The notes under the pieces were generated by a model, which was not told the DNA's origin, did no database searches, and saw only the letters and a list, made by a program, of their open reading frames with translations. Below are positions 58,581-64,000 of a stretch of 64,000 nt of DNA, one piece after another. Source of the DNA: Armatimonadota bacterium (GTDB taxonomy: Bacteria > Armatimonadota > UBA5829 > DTLH01); NCBI GenBank assembly GCA_039679675.1, contig JBDKUN010000033.1, positions 96,001 to 160,000 of the forward strand. The letters are read 5' to 3'. A program made the position numbers and the translations under genes. Every line of letters begins with the position of its first letter. Within the stretch, counting starts at the first letter, position 1.

Positions 58581-58949
58581 ATGGAGCAATCGAGTAATCA
58601 CTACGAAACAGGGCTTGCAGCCATGAAGGCTGGCGATTATGATACAGCCGTAAGTGAGCTTGAGGAAGCAAGCCGACAGAGCCACAAAGACTACAGGGTC
58701 TTCAATTGTCTTGGCGCTGCCTATGCCGCTAAAGGTCGCTTTGAGAAAGCTATCGGTGCGTTCAAATTGGCAGAGCAGATCGCACCGGATAATGCCAGGA
58801 TCCATTACAACATCGCTCAGGCATATGAGGCGGTCGGTATATTGACCGAAGCGGAGTATGAGTATGAAAAGGCGGTTCAACTGGATTCGACCTACACCAA
58901 AGCCGTATCTGCGCTGAAAACACTGAAGGATCGCCTCAACCACGTCTGA
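58581..58949 (+). CDS. TPR protein
   Basis: Three TPR motifs. Confidence 0.85.
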   Translation: MEQSSNHYETGLAAMKAGDYDTAVSELEEASRQSHKDYRVFNCLGAAYAAKGRFEKAIGAFKLAEQIAPDNARIHYNIAQAYEAVGILTEAEYEYEKAVQLDSTYTKAVSALKTLKDRLNHV

Positions 58950-59049
58950 TCTTTTAAAAGCTGACAATAAAGTACAGTAATGAACCCGCAGGTCTATGGA
59001 ATAGTGCTATAGCAGTTTAATCAGCACTATAGGTGGGTTCTTACTGATT

Positions 59050-59898
59050 ATGCCCAACGTCGGCACATGGGCCAAACTCGCCGCTTACGTAGTCTGCATT
59101 GGACTGGTGCTGGAATTCGCGCACCGGGTCTATTGGCGGATTTACCGATGGGCAACGACACTGGCTACCGGACCAACACTTCGCGCAATCATCAGCGCTT
59201 TAAGCGCTGCGATTCCGCTAATATCTGTCCTGCTTGTAACATGGGGCTTTTGCACATATGTAGACCGCCGGTCTTTGGAATCGCTTGGCCTTCAAGCCAG
59301 GTTCGAATCTATGGCCGTCTTTGTCGAAGGTATCGCCATAGCATTTGTGGTGGTCACACTCGTTTTTATGGCAGGATACAGCTTCGGATGGTACAGGATA
59401 GAGAGAAGCAGCCTGTCCCGGCATCAGGTGCCATCCTTCTGCGGCGGGGTCTGCGATTTTTCAATGGCCGCGGTCTTCGAAGAGATAGTATTTAGAGGAT
59501 ATGTCTTCACGGTGCTCAGTCATACCTGGGGCGTTACTATCGCCGTCGTAGGGTCCGCCATGGTGTTTTCTGTTCTTCACATCATCAAACACCCCAAAAT
59601 GCCGTTGATATTCACTGTAAATGCGTTTCTCTTCGGCATTGTAACCGCTCAGGCAAGGCTGCTGACAGGCACTCTTTGGGCACCGATCGGGCTGCATTTC
59701 GGATGGAATCTTGCTATGGGGCCGATTTACGGCCTGCCGTGCAGCGGCCGCGTGTATGACGAAGGGCTTGTCGAATGCCAGGTAGACGGCCCAGATTGGG
59801 TGACAGGAGGGCTTTATTCACCGGATGCAGGCATAATCGGAACAGGTGCCCTTACACTGACCTCGTTCGCACTGATTATGTTGCTGCAGGTCTGCTAA
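59050..59898 (+). CDS. CPBP (CAAX/Abi) intramembrane metalloprotease
   Basis: EEIVFRG, FSVLH and HFGWN motifs. Confidence 0.9.
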   Translation: MPNVGTWAKLAAYVVCIGLVLEFAHRVYWRIYRWATTLATGPTLRAIISALSAAIPLISVLLVTWGFCTYVDRRSLESLGLQARFESMAVFVEGIAIAFVVVTLVFMAGYSFGWYRIERSSLSRHQVPSFCGGVCDFSMAAVFEEIVFRGYVFTVLSHTWGVTIAVVGSAMVFSVLHIIKHPKMPLIFTVNAFLFGIVTAQARLLTGTLWAPIGLHFGWNLAMGPIYGLPCSGRVYDEGLVECQVDGPDWVTGGLYSPDAGIIGTGALTLTSFALIMLLQVC

Positions 59899-59985
59899 AG
59901 CCTGTTTATGCGAGGAACTGGCATACGGGCTGTTGAATAAATATCTGTTTTGCATTTATAAAATACCAGGAGAGGAAGTTAGAAA

Positions 59986-61047
59986 ATGCGAGTAATAAAA
60001 GCGGCAATCATTATCGCCGCGATACTTTTTGCCGCAGTGTCCGCAACAGCTGATATTAATATGGGCGGGCAGGCGCGGTTTTATTCTATGGGAGGCGCAG
60101 GTCTGGCGTCGATAGACAATCCGTCAGAGACTGCAGCTATGAACCCGGCTGCAATGGGGCTGCTTTCCAAACGGGTAAGGTTCACGTTCCCTAATTTCGG
60201 GGTCTGTGCTGACGGAGCAAGTATTGACGATATTTCCAAGTGGGCAAACGATATTTGGGACCTGTCCGGTTCGCAGGGTGTCGAGGTCGCGCGGGAGTTC
60301 GGAACGCATGATACGATGCTTGATGCAGGAGCATCAACAGGTATTTCAGGTTTAGGCATAACTGCAATGCTTGATGGTGAGGCGAGACTCAGGATTATAC
60401 CAAACGAGGAGTTCAAAGAGTTTGCCCGAACAGGTAATATGCCTGCAGATCCGAGCCAAATGCAGGCTGTGGTCTGGGCAGAAGCTGCCATGTCAATGCC
60501 GTCCATATCGGCAGGGTTCAAAGTCCCGAAGTTCGCAACAGGCAAAGGTGATTTGTGGGTCGGTGCTCGTGTCAGGGCGGTAAAAGGCAGATATATCCGC
60601 CGCACCATCAGTTGGTCTGGCTCAAACGACCCCAATAATGCGCTTTCAACATCCAATGAGCCTGTGAAAGAAGAGTCCGGCATCGGCGGCGACTTTGGGC
60701 TGATCTACCGCGCACCCGGTAAGCGCCAGATGAGCTATGGATTGGCAGTGACAAACCTCTTGAAACCGAGTCTCGGAGACATCAACCAGGAAACGATCTG
60801 GAGCGCAGGTATGTCAATGCAGCCAAATTCGAAAACGGTTGTCGTCGCGGATATTGTTAACATGACGGATGCGTATGATGAGGGTACGGACCTGCGAATG
60901 GGCATAGAGTTCAAACCGGCCAAATGGCTGGGGCTTCGTGCAGGTTATACCGGACATGTGCTGACTACAGGCGTGGGCGTATTCGGATACGATTTTGCTT
61001 TCGCTTCGGAAACACCGCTCAGTATATCGAGGACGATCAGGTTCTAG
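59986..61047 (+). CDS. Outer-membrane beta-barrel protein (TraF/PorV/FadL-like)
   Basis: Signal peptide; ARFYSMGGAG..NPAA, DFGL and LRAGY motifs; C-terminal F. Confidence 0.65.
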   Translation: MRVIKAAIIIAAILFAAVSATADINMGGQARFYSMGGAGLASIDNPSETAAMNPAAMGLLSKRVRFTFPNFGVCADGASIDDISKWANDIWDLSGSQGVEVAREFGTHDTMLDAGASTGISGLGITAMLDGEARLRIIPNEEFKEFARTGNMPADPSQMQAVVWAEAAMSMPSISAGFKVPKFATGKGDLWVGARVRAVKGRYIRRTISWSGSNDPNNALSTSNEPVKEESGIGGDFGLIYRAPGKRQMSYGLAVTNLLKPSLGDINQETIWSAGMSMQPNSKTVVVADIVNMTDAYDEGTDLRMGIEFKPAKWLGLRAGYTGHVLTTGVGVFGYDFAFASETPLSISRTIRF

Positions 61048-61080
61048 CAATCGCTTCAAAAACAAAGATTAAAGAAGATT

Positions 61081-61116
61081 AGGGAGGCAATCTTAAATGG
61101 TTGTCTCCCTTTTTTA
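61081..61116 (+). terminator. Rho-independent terminator
   Basis: AGGGAGGCAATC..GGTTGTCTCCCT followed by a T-tract. Confidence 0.7.
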
Positions 61117-61242
61117 GTTATCAAAAATGAAGGTTTCGGTTGTATTAAGCGTCTAAGTAATTGAAGCGAGAAAATGGCGATGGACCAGCCTGTTGGTCTT
61201 GGTTGAAATGGTATATACTGGTTTAACTGCAATTTTCGGGGT

Positions 61243-61848
61243 ATGGCCATAGTTACTCAGGATAGTCTGCTTACAGAGCAAACGATAGAGCCGGATACGG
61301 AACTGGTAGAGCGCGTCAGGTGCGGAGACATACCAGCGTACAGCGAGTTGGTGGTGAAACACCAGCGCGCGATATATGGCATCGTCTCAAGGATGGTCAC
61401 AAGCCGGGATGATGTGGATGATCTCGTGCAGGATGTCTTCGTGACGGCTTATAAATCTATTGGGAGCTTCAGGGGCCAAGCGGCTTTTTCGACATGGCTT
61501 CATGCCATTGCTGTTAATACCACGATCAAGCACATAAGGAAATCGAAAATCAGGCAGACGATGCCGATTGAGGATATGGAAATGGTTGCAGACACCGTAA
61601 ACGATACTCCGAGAGAAAAGCTTCCGATTGACGCCGCAGAGGAGAGCGAGCGGAAACAGGCGGTGCAGCGGGCTGTCGATGGGCTGCCGGAGAAGCACCG
61701 GATGGTGGTAATACTGCATTATTTCGAGGATTATTCCTGCGAGGAGATAGCAAAAACCCTCAATTGTTCGGTGGGGACGGTCTGGTCGAGGTTGCATTAC
61801 GCGTGTAGAAAGCTGCGCGGCCAGCTCGATTGGCTGGAGACAGCCTAA
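61243..61848 (+). CDS. ECF sigma-70 factor
   Basis: DDLVQDVF, FSTWLHAIAVN and SCEEIAKTLNCSVGTVWSRL motifs. Confidence 0.92.
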   Translation: MAIVTQDSLLTEQTIEPDTELVERVRCGDIPAYSELVVKHQRAIYGIVSRMVTSRDDVDDLVQDVFVTAYKSIGSFRGQAAFSTWLHAIAVNTTIKHIRKSKIRQTMPIEDMEMVADTVNDTPREKLPIDAAEESERKQAVQRAVDGLPEKHRMVVILHYFEDYSCEEIAKTLNCSVGTVWSRLHYACRKLRGQLDWLETA

Positions 61849-61869
61849 AGAGCTCTATTAGCTTCAAGA

Positions 61870-63321
61870 ATGGAGCCTAAGGAAGTGATGTTTATGTTTT
61901 GCTTCAGGGTGAAGAAGCAGCTTATCCCATATATGGAAAAAACGCTTGATCAGAAGCGGATGGACGCTGTCGCGCGCCATCTTTCCAAATGCGCGAGATG
62001 CAGTGAGGAGCTTGAGCTTATCAAAAGGGCTTCCGGTGCATTTCGGTCGGCAAAAGCCCCCGCTCAGGAGCCTGCGGCAGACCTTTGGAGCAGAATAGAG
62101 TGCGAGATCACAGCCGCGCCTGCTCCATCAGCCCGAAAATGGCCGGTCAGCGGCTTACAGTTTGCCGGAATTGCTGCTGCCGCAGTAATTATACTCATTG
62201 CCGTTATAAGCGTAAGTAAAATCAGAGAAAAGCCCCGTAATACGATGCTGAGGCAGACCTCAATCGTACAAAAACCATCTGATGCGAAGTATATTCCCTT
62301 GGAACCGGAATCTCCGGCCCGTGTTAATACGACTCTTGCGAAAAGAACGGCGGCAAAGAAAGCTGAAAATGCCAAACCAGTATCTATGGCTGAACAGACC
62401 GGGCAAAGTATAACTAATAAGCATATACTTAAACATAATGATACAGTGTTGATGGCGAGCCTGCCGAAAGAGTATAGTTCAAAGGCAGTCGGAGATGGTG
62501 TAGCGCCAGAATTGAGCGAGTTGAATAGTGCTACACGATCTGCAGGCTCATCTGCTGCAAATTGCGGCAATATCGGATTGCAGGACTCCTCTAAAAACGA
62601 TATCCTAGACAACGGCCGCGCAGCCAACCGGATACAGAATTCGGGAAACATCTGTAAGGCCGGGCAAAATATGGATGAAGAAGTAGCGTCAGCACCTGCT
62701 CGGAATTCGATAGGTAACATAGATGGAGAGATAACAAAATACGAGGCTGTGCTGGACAAAAACCCTCATGATACAGCCACTATGAGCTTTCTGGTGTTTG
62801 CTTACGCGCGGGTTGGAAACCAGGATGCACGAGCACAAATAGCCCGCCGGTTGATTGCGGCTGTTCCCGCTGAGTCGTCTGATTGGAACAGGGAGTTGGG
62901 AAGCGCTCTCGCGGCGCTTGGCGACAAAGCCGGCGCGATGTCTGCATGGAGAAATGGCTTGGAGTATAATCCCATATCGGACTCTTCCGGGATTCTCAAA
63001 GAAGCTGCATCAGCAGGGATGCTGGACAGCCTAGCGAAATACTACCAGCAGAAATCCTCTTCAGGGAAGATAGCGGCACCGTCATTGATACTTGCAAACA
63101 TATATGAGTTCCGAGGCGATTTCGAGAGAGCCGCCAAGGTCAGAAAGAAACTCACGGGATCGTTCCCCCAGAATCAGCATTATTGGCTTCTTTTGGGAGA
63201 GGATCTATTGAAGACCGGCGATAAAGCTAACGCAAAAACAGCATTCACCAAAGCAGCAGGGATGAAGGATAACCAGTCTATCCGCGCGCTGGCCATGAAG
63301 CGGTTAAAAGAGCTGAAATAG
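61870..63321 (+). CDS. Zinc-finger (HxxxCxxC) transmembrane anti-sigma factor with C-terminal TPRs
   Basis: HLSKCARC, one TM helix, TPR tail; follows the ECF sigma. Confidence 0.82.
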   Translation: MEPKEVMFMFCFRVKKQLIPYMEKTLDQKRMDAVARHLSKCARCSEELELIKRASGAFRSAKAPAQEPAADLWSRIECEITAAPAPSARKWPVSGLQFAGIAAAAVIILIAVISVSKIREKPRNTMLRQTSIVQKPSDAKYIPLEPESPARVNTTLAKRTAAKKAENAKPVSMAEQTGQSITNKHILKHNDTVLMASLPKEYSSKAVGDGVAPELSELNSATRSAGSSAANCGNIGLQDSSKNDILDNGRAANRIQNSGNICKAGQNMDEEVASAPARNSIGNIDGEITKYEAVLDKNPHDTATMSFLVFAYARVGNQDARAQIARRLIAAVPAESSDWNRELGSALAALGDKAGAMSAWRNGLEYNPISDSSGILKEAASAGMLDSLAKYYQQKSSSGKIAAPSLILANIYEFRGDFERAAKVRKKLTGSFPQNQHYWLLLGEDLLKTGDKANAKTAFTKAAGMKDNQSIRALAMKRLKELK

Positions 63322-63553
63322 CTGTCTCGGCCATCAGCTTTAATAGGATTATTCAGCCTGGATATGGAACACGTAAAAGGTAGTATGATTGTAATCCGAT
63401 CCATAGGCTGCAAGTAATAAATATATCAACTGACGGATATATATTTTCACACCAGTAACCCAGCAAGCGCTTATATTGTGCGGGTGACGTTGCCGGTTGT
63501 GACTACTTGTGTTATAATGCCGTTAGATTTGACTGCTGAGGTAATGCTCTGAA

Positions 63554-64000
63554 ATGTCACATGCAACCGGGAAGAATGAGGCGCTGAAAGAGTTGGCCGA
63601 CCTCATATGCTCCGGCAAGCCTCCACTTGAAGTGCTTGAACGGGTGCTGGATGCTGGACGCAGGGCATCAGGAGCAATTTGCCTGTCACTTGTCGCGGAA
63701 TATGGCGATGCCGGAAGTATCCGCTCGATGACAGTCCAGGCAGAGGGTGCCGGGAGCCTCGCTGCTGCCTGTGCAGAGGCCGGAGCCCTGGCATGTTTTC
63801 AACCCGATACAGCTATTTGCCCCGACGGACTTTGTTTTACCCACCTCGCAAGCAGCAATGGCCGGAGTGCTGTGCTTGTCAGTGATTCGGATGTCGATAA
63901 GGACTCGCTTTGCCTTGTCTCCGGGATTATTTCGCTTGTCTATGCAAATGAGCAGTTGTCGGCAGCGCTTGATACTGCAAAACGTCAGACGAATAAGCGC
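63554..64000 (+). CDS. Partial hypothetical protein (possible GAF-like sensor N-terminus), runs off window
   Basis: Manual translation MSHATGKNEALKELADLICSGKPPLEVLERVLDAG..., open for 149 codons; GAGG RBS. Confidence 0.5.
   Translation, partial: MSHATGKNEALKELADLICSGKPPLEVLERVLDAGRRASGAICLSLVAEYGDAGSIRSMTVQAEGAGSLAAACAEAGALACFQPDTAICPDGLCFTHLASSNGRSAVLVSDSDVDKDSLCLVSGIISLVYANEQLSAALDTAKRQTNKR

Overview
Bacterial chromosomal window, moderate GC. The PEP-CTERM protein and gene content suggest an anaerobic diderm, possibly Armatimonadota-like (inference). The left end carries the selenocysteine machinery on the minus strand: selA, a selD with extra N- and C-terminal Cys-rich domains, selB, and a partial methyltransferase. 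Directly upstream is a three-gene operon that the ORF track truncates. Two of its genes stop at an in-frame TGA inside a Cys/Sec motif (C-P-T-U-L and Y-G-U-G-G-T-C), each followed 21-25 nt later by a perfect G-loop hairpin of bacterial SECIS type. They flank a NapH/MauN-like 4Fe-4S membrane protein. This putative Sec-dependent envelope redox module is the most interesting signal. The middle is mostly housekeeping and carbohydrate genes: ispE, a two-subunit fumarate hydratase, sdhCDAB, an ABC exporter, DUF488 plus TPR-RecQ, pgeF, glycosyltransferases, CE15/GH78-like enzymes and a radical SAM protein. A ~13.9 kb integrative, satellite-like element (43.6-57.5 kb) lies between two complete identical tRNA-Lys(TTT) genes. 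It has an integrase with arm-type repeats, an excisionase, a P4-type primase-helicase with an iteron origin, and a second tyrosine recombinase with a dif-like site. Its cargo is a HEPN-like protein, type III R-M and an unannotated type I toxin-like 36-aa peptide. The right end has membrane proteases, a beta-barrel protein and an ECF sigma/anti-sigma pair.
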